A stretch of 64,000 nt of DNA, taken from positions 20,462 through 84,461 of the forward strand of contig CAJUOP010000007.1 of the NCBI GenBank assembly GCA_910588465.1, in the 5' to 3' direction. The first letter of the stretch is position 1. Each line of letters opens with the position of its first letter. The DNA is from an uncultured Christensenellaceae bacterium. Lineage in GTDB: Bacteria > Bacillota > Clostridia > Christensenellales > Borkfalkiaceae. The notes beneath the pieces are model-generated. The model did no database searches. It was given only the letters and a program-made list of their open reading frames with translations, and was not told where the DNA came from. The translations under genes were made by a program, and so were the position numbers. Positions 18,372 through 27,075 of this stretch are shown here, piece after piece.

Positions 18372-19546
18372 TCACCGCCGTTCTATGCGCCGCGGGCAAG
18401 GGCGAACGCGCGGGCTTTTCCGAAAATAAGGTCCTGCGCGAGCGGAACGGCTTGCCCCTTTTGTGCTATTCGCTTTCCGCCTTCGCGCAGTGTGCGGAAA
18501 TCACCGAAATACTCGTGGTCTGCCGTAAAGAGGACGAAGTTAAGATCCGACCCCTGCTCTCCCCTTATCCCCGCGCCCGCACGGTGATCGGCGGAGAGCT
18601 GCGCACGCACAGCGTGTATGCCGCGCTGAAAGAAGCGGCGGGCGACATCGTGCTCGTGCACGACGCGGCGCGCCCTTTTCTTACGCAAAAAATCATTTCC
18701 GCCTGTATCGAAAGCGTGAAAAATTTCGGGAGCGGCGTTTGCGCCGTTCCGTCCGTGGACACGGTTGCGCTTGCCAAAAACGGCTGTATTTTAAAAACGC
18801 CCCCGCGTAGCACCGTTTACGCCGCACAAACCCCGCAGGGCTTTTCCACGGGCGAGCTGCTCGGCGCATACCGCGAAATGTTCGAAGAACACCGCGAAGC
18901 GGAGTTCACGGACGAAAGCGGCATTTACGCATATTACTGCAAGCCGCCGCGCATTTGCGAGGGCGACAGAAACAATAAAAAACTCACCTATGCCGAGGAT
19001 TTTCTCCCCGCGGAACGGGTAGGATTCGGCGTAGATACGCACGCTTTTATGCCCCAAAAAAATGCTTCGCCTTTTTTTGGGGACCCCGATTCTCTTGACT
19101 TCCCTTCATTTATCACCCTCGGCGGCGTACGTATTCCCTCCGAGCATACCTTAATCGCCCACAGCGACGGCGACGTTTTGCTTCACGCGCTGATGGATGC
19201 GCTGCTCTCCGCGGCAGGCTTACGCGATATCGGCTATTATTTCCCCGATACGGACGAAAAATATGCGGGTGCGGACAGTTTGAAGCTGTTAAAAGAAGTA
19301 CTATGTCAGATAGAGTACTGTGGATTTGCCCCAAAAAACGTCAGTATTGCCGTTTTAGCCGAAAAACCCCGCCTTTCTCCGCATATCGAAGATATGAAAG
19401 AAAATTTATCAAAGGCGTTAAATCTGCCCCTTTCCGCTATCGGAATTGCGGCGGGAACAAACGAAAAGCTCGGCTACGTCGGCGAAGGCAAGGGAGTTAC
19501 CGTTTACGCTACGGTAATGTTAAAACAAACAAAGGAAGCGATTTAA
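18368..19546 (+). CDS. ispDF: bifunctional IspD/IspF (MEP cytidylyltransferase / MEcPP synthase)
   Basis: The N-terminus AAGKGERAG and VHDAARPF are IspD features. The C-terminal GFGVDTHAF...HSDGDVLLHALMDALL...FPDTD region is IspF. The gene overlaps the S4 gene by 4 nt. Confidence 0.9.
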   Translation: MITAVLCAAGKGERAGFSENKVLRERNGLPLLCYSLSAFAQCAEITEILVVCRKEDEVKIRPLLSPYPRARTVIGGELRTHSVYAALKEAAGDIVLVHDAARPFLTQKIISACIESVKNFGSGVCAVPSVDTVALAKNGCILKTPPRSTVYAAQTPQGFSTGELLGAYREMFEEHREAEFTDESGIYAYYCKPPRICEGDRNNKKLTYAEDFLPAERVGFGVDTHAFMPQKNASPFFGDPDSLDFPSFITLGGVRIPSEHTLIAHSDGDVLLHALMDALLSAAGLRDIGYYFPDTDEKYAGADSLKLLKEVLCQIEYCGFAPKNVSIAVLAEKPRLSPHIEDMKENLSKALNLPLSAIGIAAGTNEKLGYVGEGKGVTVYATVMLKQTKEAI

Positions 19547-19558
19547 CAAGGATTTTAT

Positions 19559-20926
19559 ATGGCAAAAGCAACCACTCAATTCGTATGCGCGGAATGCGGA
19601 TACGCTTCGCCGAAATGGCTGGGGCGGTGCCCCGACTGCGGCAAATTCAACACCCTGGCGGAAGAGGCAGTCGCACCCGCGGCGCCCGCCAAACAAAAGA
19701 GCGCGTTCCGCGCTCCTTCCGCCCGTCCCCTCCCCCTCTCGCAAGTGAAATACGAAAAGTTCGAGCGCGTTTCCTCGGGCAATTCCGAGCTGGACGTGGT
19801 GCTCGGCGGAGGGATCGTGCGCGGCTCGCTCGTGCTGGTGGGCGGCGATCCCGGCGTGGGAAAATCTACCCTGCTCACGCAGGTTGCGGCGCACCTTGCC
19901 AAACAGCATAAAGTGTTGTATCTTTCCGCCGAGGAGAGCTGCTCGCAGGTAAAGCTCCGCTGCGAACGGCTGGGGCTGGATTCGGACAACCTGCTGCTAT
20001 TAAACGAAACCTGCTTAGACGGCGCGGAGGAAGCTTTTTTCGAAGCCGAGTACGTGATTATCGACTCTATTCAGGCGGTTTACACCGACGCGCTCAGCTC
20101 TGCGGCGGGCAGCGTGGGACAGGTGCGTGAATGCGCAAGCAAGCTCATGCGCATCGCCAAAGCCCGCGGCATTACCTTTTTTATCGTGGGACACGTTACC
20201 AAGGAGGGAACGCTGGCGGGTCCGAAGGTGCTCGAACATATTATGGACACCGTGCTCTACTTCGAGGGAGAGCGGACGGAAAACTTTAAAATCCTGCGCG
20301 CGGTAAAAAACCGTTTCGGTTCGGTGCAGGAGGTGGGCGTGTTCGAAATGACGGGCGAAGGCATTTACGGACTTTCGGACTATTCCGCGCTCTTTCTTTC
20401 GGACACCCGCGGAGAAGCGGCAGGCGCGGCGGTCACCCCCAGCGAAACGGGCAACCGCTGCATGATGGTCGAGCTGCAAACGCTGATGTGCAAGACTGCG
20501 TACGGACTCCCCCGCCGTATGGCGCTGGGCGTAGACTTTAACCGCCTTGTGGTGCTGATCGCGGTGCTCGAAAAGCGCTGCTCGCTCGCCATGGGAATGC
20601 AGGACGTCTATTTAAACGCGATGGGCGGAATTAAACTGAACGAGCCGAGCGCGGACCTTGCCGTATGCGCCGCGCTTGCCAGCGCGGAACGCATGATTCC
20701 CGTAGACAAATATACGGCGGTGTTCGGGGAAGTGGGACTTACGGGCGAGGTGCGCGGCGTCAACTTTGCCGAAAAACGAGTAAACGAATGCCTGAAAATG
20801 GGCTTTAAACGCGTGCTGCTTCCCGCAAAAAATATGAAGGCTTGCGAAAAATTCAAAGATAAAATCGAGCTGGTCCCGGTTTCTTACGTCTATCAAATGA
20901 TAAAAACGCTGTTCCCCAAAATATAA
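19559..20926 (+). CDS. radA: DNA repair protein RadA/Sms
   Basis: It has the zinc finger CAECGYASPKWLGRCPDCGKFNT, Walker A GGDPGVGKST, KNRFG, and a Lon-like C-terminal domain. Confidence 0.95.
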   Translation: MAKATTQFVCAECGYASPKWLGRCPDCGKFNTLAEEAVAPAAPAKQKSAFRAPSARPLPLSQVKYEKFERVSSGNSELDVVLGGGIVRGSLVLVGGDPGVGKSTLLTQVAAHLAKQHKVLYLSAEESCSQVKLRCERLGLDSDNLLLLNETCLDGAEEAFFEAEYVIIDSIQAVYTDALSSAAGSVGQVRECASKLMRIAKARGITFFIVGHVTKEGTLAGPKVLEHIMDTVLYFEGERTENFKILRAVKNRFGSVQEVGVFEMTGEGIYGLSDYSALFLSDTRGEAAGAAVTPSETGNRCMMVELQTLMCKTAYGLPRRMALGVDFNRLVVLIAVLEKRCSLAMGMQDVYLNAMGGIKLNEPSADLAVCAALASAERMIPVDKYTAVFGEVGLTGEVRGVNFAEKRVNECLKMGFKRVLLPAKNMKACEKFKDKIELVPVSYVYQMIKTLFPKI

Positions 20927-20930
20927 CGAA

Positions 20931-20954
20931 CCGCCCCGACAAATGTCGGGGCGG
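20931..20954. terminator. hairpin between convergent radA and GNAT genes
   Basis: The sequence is CCGCCCCGAC-AAAT-GTCGGGGCGG. Confidence 0.55.
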
Positions 20955-20960
20955 ATTTCT

Positions 20961-21515
20961 CTACTGTTTCATGAAAACGTACAAGCGTTCGGGGAAGGTT
21001 TTACAGAGAGCTTTTGCAACATACTCGCCCTCCTTTACAAACGTAAAGCCGCACTTTTCGATAACGCGGCGCGATTGCGCGTTGTCGGTAAAATGTCCCG
21101 CCGTAAGCGCGTCTAACTTAAGCGTATCGAAGCAATAGCCCATAGCGGCGTTTACCGCTTCGGGCATGATTCCCCGCCCCCAATACGCCTTCGAAAGCAC
21201 GTAGCCGATTTCCTTCACCTTGAAACGTTCGAACGCGGGATCCCGATTCGCCCAGGAATCGTGCAAGCCCAGCGAGCCGATCACCTTTCCGCTTTCCTTC
21301 TCCTCTATGGCAAACACGTTCTTTTCGGCAAGAAACATTTTTAACACAAACTCCGTTTCCTCCCGCGATTCGTGGTGCTTCCACCCGGCAAGCTCGCCCA
21401 CGCCCTCTACCGAGGCATATTCGAATAAATCGTCCAAATCCGTTTCCTTCCAACCGCGGAGGAGCAAGCGCGGCGTCTCAATCACGGTATGCGTCACGTC
21501 GATTTGCACGTCCAT
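20961..21515 (-). CDS. GNAT family N-acetyltransferase (RimJ/RimL-like)
   Basis: 184 aa. TPRLLLRGWKETDLDDLFEY...WGRGIMPEAV...D..N..S..V.EK.GF is the typical pattern of this subfamily. Confidence 0.8.
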   Translation of the reverse strand: MDVQIDVTHTVIETPRLLLRGWKETDLDDLFEYASVEGVGELAGWKHHESREETEFVLKMFLAEKNVFAIEEKESGKVIGSLGLHDSWANRDPAFERFKVKEIGYVLSKAYWGRGIMPEAVNAAMGYCFDTLKLDALTAGHFTDNAQSRRVIEKCGFTFVKEGEYVAKALCKTFPERLYVFMKQ

Positions 21516-21527
21516 GCTCTCTCCTCC

Positions 21528-22205
21528 TCAGTTTTTCACGGCGACCGCGCGAAAGATGGGAAGCCCGCGGTCGGAAAAGTTCTTTTCGTATTCGGTTACG
21601 ATATTCCCTTGCGCAAAATCGCTGTTGTGCAAATCGCGCGTAATATCCTTTACGGTAAAGCCGTTCTGCGCGAACTGCTCTAACGAATAATCGAAAAACG
21701 GTTCGCTGTCCGTCTTTTGCTCGATTTCCCCGCCCTCGACGAGCAACCGCCTGTAAATTTCCAGAAATCGGGGCGCGGTAAGCCGCTGTTTTTCCCTGCT
21801 CTTTTCGGGCAGCGGCGTGGAAAAATTCAGATAGATCCGTTCGATGCTTCCCTCGGGAAGATAGCACGGCAAAATTTCGGCGGGAATATTCAAAAAGCGT
21901 ACGTTAGGGATCCCCTCCCGCAGCACGTGCTCCATGGCGGTCAGGCAGACGTTGGAGCACAGCTCCGCCGCCAAAAAATTCACGTTCGGCTCGCGCAGCG
22001 CCTTTTCCGAAACAAACTTCCCGTTGCCGCAGCCTACGTCGAGATGCACGGGATTTCCGTTGCCGAAAACCGCTTGCAAATCGACAAGGGCGCGGAAGCC
22101 TTCCGCCGCCTCCTTTAAATTGAGGCAGGGACGACCGCGCGCAAGCAGCACCGCCCCGCACGCCTCGATCCGCGGCTCTAAATTGCGTTTACGGCGCATT
22201 CTCAT
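21528..22205 (-). CDS. trmB: tRNA (guanine-N7)-methyltransferase
   Basis: 225 aa. It has the SAM motif LDVGCGNGKF, plus FLNIP...YLNFSTPLP, with the layout typical of TrmB. Confidence 0.85.
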   Translation of the reverse strand: MRMRRKRNLEPRIEACGAVLLARGRPCLNLKEAAEGFRALVDLQAVFGNGNPVHLDVGCGNGKFVSEKALREPNVNFLAAELCSNVCLTAMEHVLREGIPNVRFLNIPAEILPCYLPEGSIERIYLNFSTPLPEKSREKQRLTAPRFLEIYRRLLVEGGEIEQKTDSEPFFDYSLEQFAQNGFTVKDITRDLHNSDFAQGNIVTEYEKNFSDRGLPIFRAVAVKN

Positions 22206-22636
22206 CAGTTTTTCCCCGTAGAGCCGAATCCGCCCGCGCCGCGCACCGTCTCCGAAAGCGACTCCGCCTCCGCAAATTCCGCCGCGTAATAGGGCGCTAT
22301 CACCAGCTGGGCGATACGGTCGCCCGCTTCCACCTTGCGCGCCTGCGCTCCGTGATTGTGCAGCGCGACCATAATTTCGCCGCGGTAGTCGCAGTCGATG
22401 ACACCGACTTTATTCGCGGGCGCCAGATCCTGTTTGCAAGCAAGCCCGCTGCGGGCGTACACCAGCCCAACCGTGCCCGCGGGAAGCTCGACTGCGATCC
22501 CCGTGTGCACAAAGCGCGTTTCTCCCGCAGGGATCTCCGTCCCCTCGCTCGCATATAAATCCGCTCCCGCGGCAAACTCCGACCCGTACACGGGCAAACG
22601 AGCGCTTTCGCTCAGTTTTTTTACGTTTACTTTCAT
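22205..22636 (-). CDS. dut: dUTP diphosphatase
   Basis: 143 aa. It has AAGADLYA, ARSGLA, GVIDCDYRGEI and the C-terminal RGAGGFGSTG. Confidence 0.9.
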   Translation of the reverse strand: MKVNVKKLSESARLPVYGSEFAAGADLYASEGTEIPAGETRFVHTGIAVELPAGTVGLVYARSGLACKQDLAPANKVGVIDCDYRGEIMVALHNHGAQARKVEAGDRIAQLVIAPYYAAEFAEAESLSETVRGAGGFGSTGKN

Positions 22637-22657
22637 ATAAATTTCCTCTCTTGCTGT

Positions 22658-23686
22658 TTATTGAACATCGACGATCCACCGCTTGGGACGGTTGGGGCGG
22701 ATCAGTACCTTTAACACCGTCCCCTCGGCAGGGGGAAGGTTGCCCTTTACGAACCCTATCGAACGCTTGCCGTCGATTTGCGCTACGACGCGAAATTTTT
22801 TAAACACCGTGTGCGTGCGCGAAAACTCTCCCGAGCTATACTCGCCGGAGGATTCGAACGCCGCGCACAACACCTTCGCTTCCCGTTTCTCGCAAAATTT
22901 TCCGCACTTTACAAGGATCTTAAAATAGACCGAAACGACCGTTTTTAAAATCACGCCCAAAAAGCAATACGCGAACAGCCATTCGAGCGCGCTCCAAAAC
23001 ACGCGCCCCAAAGTGACCGCTTTGCCGAAAAACAGCGGGTAGACGGAAAGCAGAATGATCGGCACAACCAACAGCGAACCGTAAATTACGTTTTCCCATA
23101 CGGAATACGTGCGGAACCTCGCCGCGATCCGCCTGCGCCAAACGCCCGCCTCGCCCGACATTCGTGCAAGCGAATGCTGCGGAAGCCTGGAAAGCTCGTC
23201 TGCAACCGCCTCGTTTTGCGCCGTTGCGTCCGAAACCTCCTGCGGCGGCACCGTCGCGCTTTCGTATTCGTAAGCGATATCCGGCAGCGTGCGCCGCTTC
23301 CCTACGAAAAAATATAAAAACAGCGCTCCCGCAACGGTAAACGCACCGCCGCCCGCAAGCACGGCGATTTCCGTTTTTCCGAACTGCCCCAAACGGTTTT
23401 GTCCGTCCACGCGGATCACGACCTGCTTGCCCTCGTAATACCTTTCCCGTCCCTGTTCGTAAATGTTGTCCGTAAGGCGGGCGCGAACGATCGCCTCTTT
23501 GCCGTCCCGTTCGATCGAAAACGAAACGATCGCACCCTTTGCATCGTACTCGGCGGAAAGCACGGTCGCTTCCGTCGGCTCGGCAAGGCGGTAAATGGCG
23601 AGCCTTGCAAAACCGTATCCGACAAGCCCCAATCCGACGAGAATAAACGCGCCGAAAAATAAAAACAAAAAAATATTTTGCTTCAT
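22658..23686 (-). CDS. membrane protein, DUF3592-like architecture (TM - beta domain - TM, repeated)
   Basis: 342 aa with an N-terminal TM helix, a soluble segment and several further TM helices. The family name is from memory only. Confidence 0.5.
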   Translation of the reverse strand: MKQNIFLFLFFGAFILVGLGLVGYGFARLAIYRLAEPTEATVLSAEYDAKGAIVSFSIERDGKEAIVRARLTDNIYEQGRERYYEGKQVVIRVDGQNRLGQFGKTEIAVLAGGGAFTVAGALFLYFFVGKRRTLPDIAYEYESATVPPQEVSDATAQNEAVADELSRLPQHSLARMSGEAGVWRRRIAARFRTYSVWENVIYGSLLVVPIILLSVYPLFFGKAVTLGRVFWSALEWLFAYCFLGVILKTVVSVYFKILVKCGKFCEKREAKVLCAAFESSGEYSSGEFSRTHTVFKKFRVVAQIDGKRSIGFVKGNLPPAEGTVLKVLIRPNRPKRWIVDVQ

Positions 23687-23703
23687 GACGATCCCGCAAT
23701 AGA

Positions 23704-23735
23704 CAACAGCCGTTCGCTTACGGGAACGGCTGTTG
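23704..23735 (-). terminator. hairpin after the KH-protein gene (weak T-tract)
   Basis: The sequence is CAACAGCCGTTC-8 nt-GAACGGCTGTTG, a perfect 12-bp stem. Confidence 0.4.
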
Positions 23736-23746
23736 CTGCGAACGAA

Positions 23747-23986
23747 TTATTCTTCGCGTTCTTTAATTTCCACGTTATACTTTTTGCCGTCTCTGGGGCT
23801 GGCGTTCCGCACGATCGTGCGCAAAGCCTTGGCAATCTTGCCCTGCTTGCCGATCACCTTTCCCATGTCCGACGCCGAAAGCACGACGGTAACGGTGATG
23901 TCGTTTTCCGTCTCCTCCGTGAGGTATTCGATGTGTTCTTTGTCGTCTGCAAAATGCTCGACGATGTACCGAATCAAATCTAACAT
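23747..23986 (-). CDS. KH-domain RNA-binding protein (YlqC family)
   Basis: 79 aa with the GKVIGKQGKIAKALRTIV (GxxG) KH motif. It occupies the conserved position downstream of rpsP. Confidence 0.85.
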   Translation of the reverse strand: MLDLIRYIVEHFADDKEHIEYLTEETENDITVTVVLSASDMGKVIGKQGKIAKALRTIVRNASPRDGKKYNVEIKEREE

Positions 23987-24012
23987 ATCCGTCTCCTTTC
24001 AGGCGAAAGCGA

Positions 24013-24303
24013 TTACTTCTTTTTCTTGCCTTTGGTTTTTGCGGGGCTGAGCTTTTCGGATTTTTCGATAACGCCCGTCTTTACAAGCAAAGACTTTACC
24101 GTCTCGGTCGGCTGAACGCCCTTGGCAATCCAGTCCTTCGCCTTCTCCACGTCTACGTTCAGCGTAACGGGCTGCGACTTGGGATCGTAAAAGCCGACTT
24201 TGTCGACGTACTCGCCCGTTGCCGCCTTGCGCGCGTCCACCACTACGATGCGGTATACGGGGGACTTTTTGTCGCCCATACGCACCAATCTCATTTTAAC
24301 CAT
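24013..24303 (-). CDS. rpsP: 30S ribosomal protein S16
   Basis: The sequence is MVKMRLVRMGDKKSPVYRIVVVDARKAATGEYVDKVGFYDP. The ATG at 24303 is preceded by GGAGGA. Confidence 0.95.
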   Translation of the reverse strand: MVKMRLVRMGDKKSPVYRIVVVDARKAATGEYVDKVGFYDPKSQPVTLNVDVEKAKDWIAKGVQPTETVKSLLVKTGVIEKSEKLSPAKTKGKKKK

Positions 24304-24354
24304 TTTTTTATCCTCCAAAAATAATTTTTTTATATTTGCTTCCGAAAGCGACCT

Positions 24355-25674
24355 TTAAAAAGGCATCCGCCCGCGGAGTTTGCCGCCCTTTAACTGCTTC
24401 ATTAACAGCTTCGTCTGCTCGAACTGCTTTAACACGCGGTTGATTTCCTGAATACTCGTGCCCGAGCCGTTCGCAATGCGCGTTTTGCGCGAATAGTTGA
24501 TGATCTGCGGGTTGTCCCGCTCCTTGGGCGTCATCGAAAGGATGATCGCCTTCGTGCGTTCGAGCTGCTTTTCGTCGACGTCCTTTTCGCTGAGCTTCAT
24601 TTTTCCCGCCGTGGGGAGCATATTCATCAGCGCGCCCGCGCCGCCCATCTTCTTTAACGATTCGAACTGCTGTAAATAGTCCGTCAGCGTAAAAGAGGCG
24701 TCGCGCATCTTGCGCTCCATCTCCTTTGCCTGCTGCTCGGTAATGGCTTCCTGCGCCTTCTCGATCAAGGAGAGCACGTCGCCCATGCCTAAGATACGCG
24801 AAGCCATACGGTCGGGATAGAAGGGCTCTAAATCGGTCAGCTTTTCGCCCACGCCGATAAACTTGATGGGCTTGCCCGTTACCGCCTTGATGGAAAGACA
24901 CGCGCCGCCGCGAGTGTCGCCGTCGAGCTTGGTCAAGATAACGCCCGTAATGCTCAGCCGCTCGTTAAACGTCTGCGCGACGTTCACGGCGTCCTGCCCC
25001 GTCATGGCGTCTACCGTCAGCAGAATTTCGGTCACGTCCACTTCCCGCTTGATCTCTTCCAGCTCTTTCATGAGCGCGTCGTCGATATGAAGCCGACCCG
25101 CGGTGTCTACGATCACCGTATCGTACCCCATTTTTTTGGCGTACTCCACCGCTTGCTTTGCCGTTTTGGCGGGCGCCTGCGTGCCCTTTTCGAACACCTC
25201 GGTCTCCGCCTTTCCCCCCACGACCTTTAACTGGTCGATCGCGGCGGGGCGGTAAATGTCGCACGCAACGAGCAGCGGCTTTTTACCCTGCTTTTTTAAT
25301 TGCAGCGAGAGCTTTCCGCACAGCGTCGTTTTGCCCGCGCCCTGCAAGCCGCACATTAAAATGACGGTGGGCGGCTTGGGCGAGACCTCCATTTTGGCGT
25401 TGCCCGAGCCCATGAGCGCGATCAGCTCTTCGTTTACGATTTTAATTACCTGCTGGGCGGGATTCAGTGATTGCAGTACCTGCTGCCCCACCGCCTTTTC
25501 CGAAACCTCGGCAATAAACTGTTTGGCAACTTTTAAGTTGACGTCCGCCTCCAAAAGCGCGATTCGCACCTCGCGCATCGCCGTGCGAATTTCCAGCTCG
25601 GTCAGTTTTCCGCGCTTAGTCAGCTTACTGAATATGTGGTTTAACCGCTCCGAGAGCGAAGAAAACAACGCCAT
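24355..25674 (-). CDS. ffh: signal recognition particle protein Ffh
   Basis: 439 aa. The G domain has GLQGAGKTT, DTAGRL and TKLDGD. The C-terminal M domain is Met-rich. Confidence 0.97.
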   Translation of the reverse strand: MALFSSLSERLNHIFSKLTKRGKLTELEIRTAMREVRIALLEADVNLKVAKQFIAEVSEKAVGQQVLQSLNPAQQVIKIVNEELIALMGSGNAKMEVSPKPPTVILMCGLQGAGKTTLCGKLSLQLKKQGKKPLLVACDIYRPAAIDQLKVVGGKAETEVFEKGTQAPAKTAKQAVEYAKKMGYDTVIVDTAGRLHIDDALMKELEEIKREVDVTEILLTVDAMTGQDAVNVAQTFNERLSITGVILTKLDGDTRGGACLSIKAVTGKPIKFIGVGEKLTDLEPFYPDRMASRILGMGDVLSLIEKAQEAITEQQAKEMERKMRDASFTLTDYLQQFESLKKMGGAGALMNMLPTAGKMKLSEKDVDEKQLERTKAIILSMTPKERDNPQIINYSRKTRIANGSGTSIQEINRVLKQFEQTKLLMKQLKGGKLRGRMPF

Positions 25675-25686
25675 GAAATTCTCCTT

Positions 25687-26037
25687 TTAAGCGTTCGGCG
25701 CACCGTGCGCCCGTTCGCCGCCGACGCGGCGCAGAACCGTTTCGATCTGCTCGCGGTAGGGTGCGGGAAGCTTTGTCGCTACCCCTTCGATTTCCTCCGC
25801 AATGCGCGCAGCCTCTGCCAGCGTTTGCGCAAACCGCAGTTTTTCTTCGTAATCTTCCAGCTGCTTTCGGCATTTGTTCAGACAGTCGGATACGCTCTGG
25901 CGCGAACAACCCTTTTGCTCGGCGATTTCCGCAAGCGATAAATCGCAGTTAAAATAAAGGTTCGTAATCTCGCGCTGGCGCTCGGTTAAAAGGGGCTGGT
26001 AGCAATCCCATAGCCGCATGAAACGCAAATCTTCCAT
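25687..26037 (-). CDS. ylxM: YlxM/UPF0122 putative DNA-binding protein
   Basis: 116 aa. LLTERQREITNLYFNCDLSLAEIAEQKGCSRQSVSD is a sigma-70 region-4-like HTH. It occupies the conserved position upstream of ffh. Confidence 0.85.
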   Translation of the reverse strand: MEDLRFMRLWDCYQPLLTERQREITNLYFNCDLSLAEIAEQKGCSRQSVSDCLNKCRKQLEDYEEKLRFAQTLAEAARIAEEIEGVATKLPAPYREQIETVLRRVGGERAHGAPNA

Positions 26038-26077
26038 TTCCGCCCCCCTTTTTAAGCAAGTATATCAAAAAACAAAA

Positions 26078-26107
26078 CGCCTGTCAAGCATTTTTACTTG
26101 ACAGGCG
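26078..26107. terminator. bidirectional hairpin terminator after ftsY
   Basis: The sequence is CGCCTGTCAAG-8 nt-CTTGACAGGCG, flanked by an A-run on one side and a T-run on the other. Confidence 0.6.
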
Positions 26108-26144
26108 GATTTTTTTAGCAAAACTTTATCTGCTGCGCTCGGGT

Positions 26145-27041
26145 TTAAAAGAAACCCTCTACAAACTCTTCCGCGTCGAACAGTTCCAAATCGTCCATTT
26201 TTTCGCCGACGCCCGCGAACACGACGGGCACGCCCAGTTCGCCGCAGAGCGAAAACACGAAGCCGCCCTTTGCCGTGCCGTCCAATTTGGTTAAGACGAT
26301 CCCGTCCAGCTCCACCGCCTCGTCGAACACGCGCGCCTGCGAAACCGCGTTCTGCCCCGTGGTCGCATCCAGCACCAAAAACTTGTAAAACGCCGCTTCG
26401 GGAAATTCGCGGGTAACGACCCGATCCATCTTTTTCAGCTCGTTCATTAAATTTTCTTTTACGTGCAGTCTGCCCGCGGTATCGACCAGCACCACGTCCG
26501 TCCCCTTCGCCTTTGCCGAGGATACGGCGTCGTAAATGACGGCGGCGGGGTCGCTCCCCTCCTCGTGCTTGACGATGCGCACCTTCGCGCGCTCCGCCCA
26601 GACGGACAGCTGATCGCTCGCCGCGGCGCGGAAGGTATCCGCAGCCGCCACCGTGACGTTCTTTTTATTCTTTACGAAATAGTTGGCGACCTTGCCGATG
26701 GTGGTGGTCTTGCCCACGCCGTTCACGCCGACGAACATCATAACGCAGGGGTACTTGATTTCGGGAACGGGCGCTTCGTTCAACGTGTCTTCGAGGATAT
26801 CCTTTAACAGATCGGTTACGTACTGCTCGTCCTTTATCTTGTTTCCGATCGCCTCTTCCTTCACCTGCTCGACGACGTCCTCCGCCGTGCGAACCGAAAC
26901 GTCCGCCGAGATCAAGATCTCTTCCAGCTCGTCGTAAAACTCGTTGCCGATTTTATTCTTTAAAAAGAGTTGCCGCATTTTGTGCGACACGCCCTCTTTC
27001 GTCTTTTTTAAAGCGTCTCTGATTTTTCCGAAAAATCCCAT
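26145..27041 (-). CDS. ftsY: signal recognition particle receptor FtsY
   Basis: 298 aa with GVNGVGKTTT, DTAGRL and TKLDGTAKGG. Confidence 0.95.
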   Translation of the reverse strand: MGFFGKIRDALKKTKEGVSHKMRQLFLKNKIGNEFYDELEEILISADVSVRTAEDVVEQVKEEAIGNKIKDEQYVTDLLKDILEDTLNEAPVPEIKYPCVMMFVGVNGVGKTTTIGKVANYFVKNKKNVTVAAADTFRAAASDQLSVWAERAKVRIVKHEEGSDPAAVIYDAVSSAKAKGTDVVLVDTAGRLHVKENLMNELKKMDRVVTREFPEAAFYKFLVLDATTGQNAVSQARVFDEAVELDGIVLTKLDGTAKGGFVFSLCGELGVPVVFAGVGEKMDDLELFDAEEFVEGFF

Positions 27042-27075
27042 AATTGCCTCTTATTCGATTGCGCCGTTACGTGCA

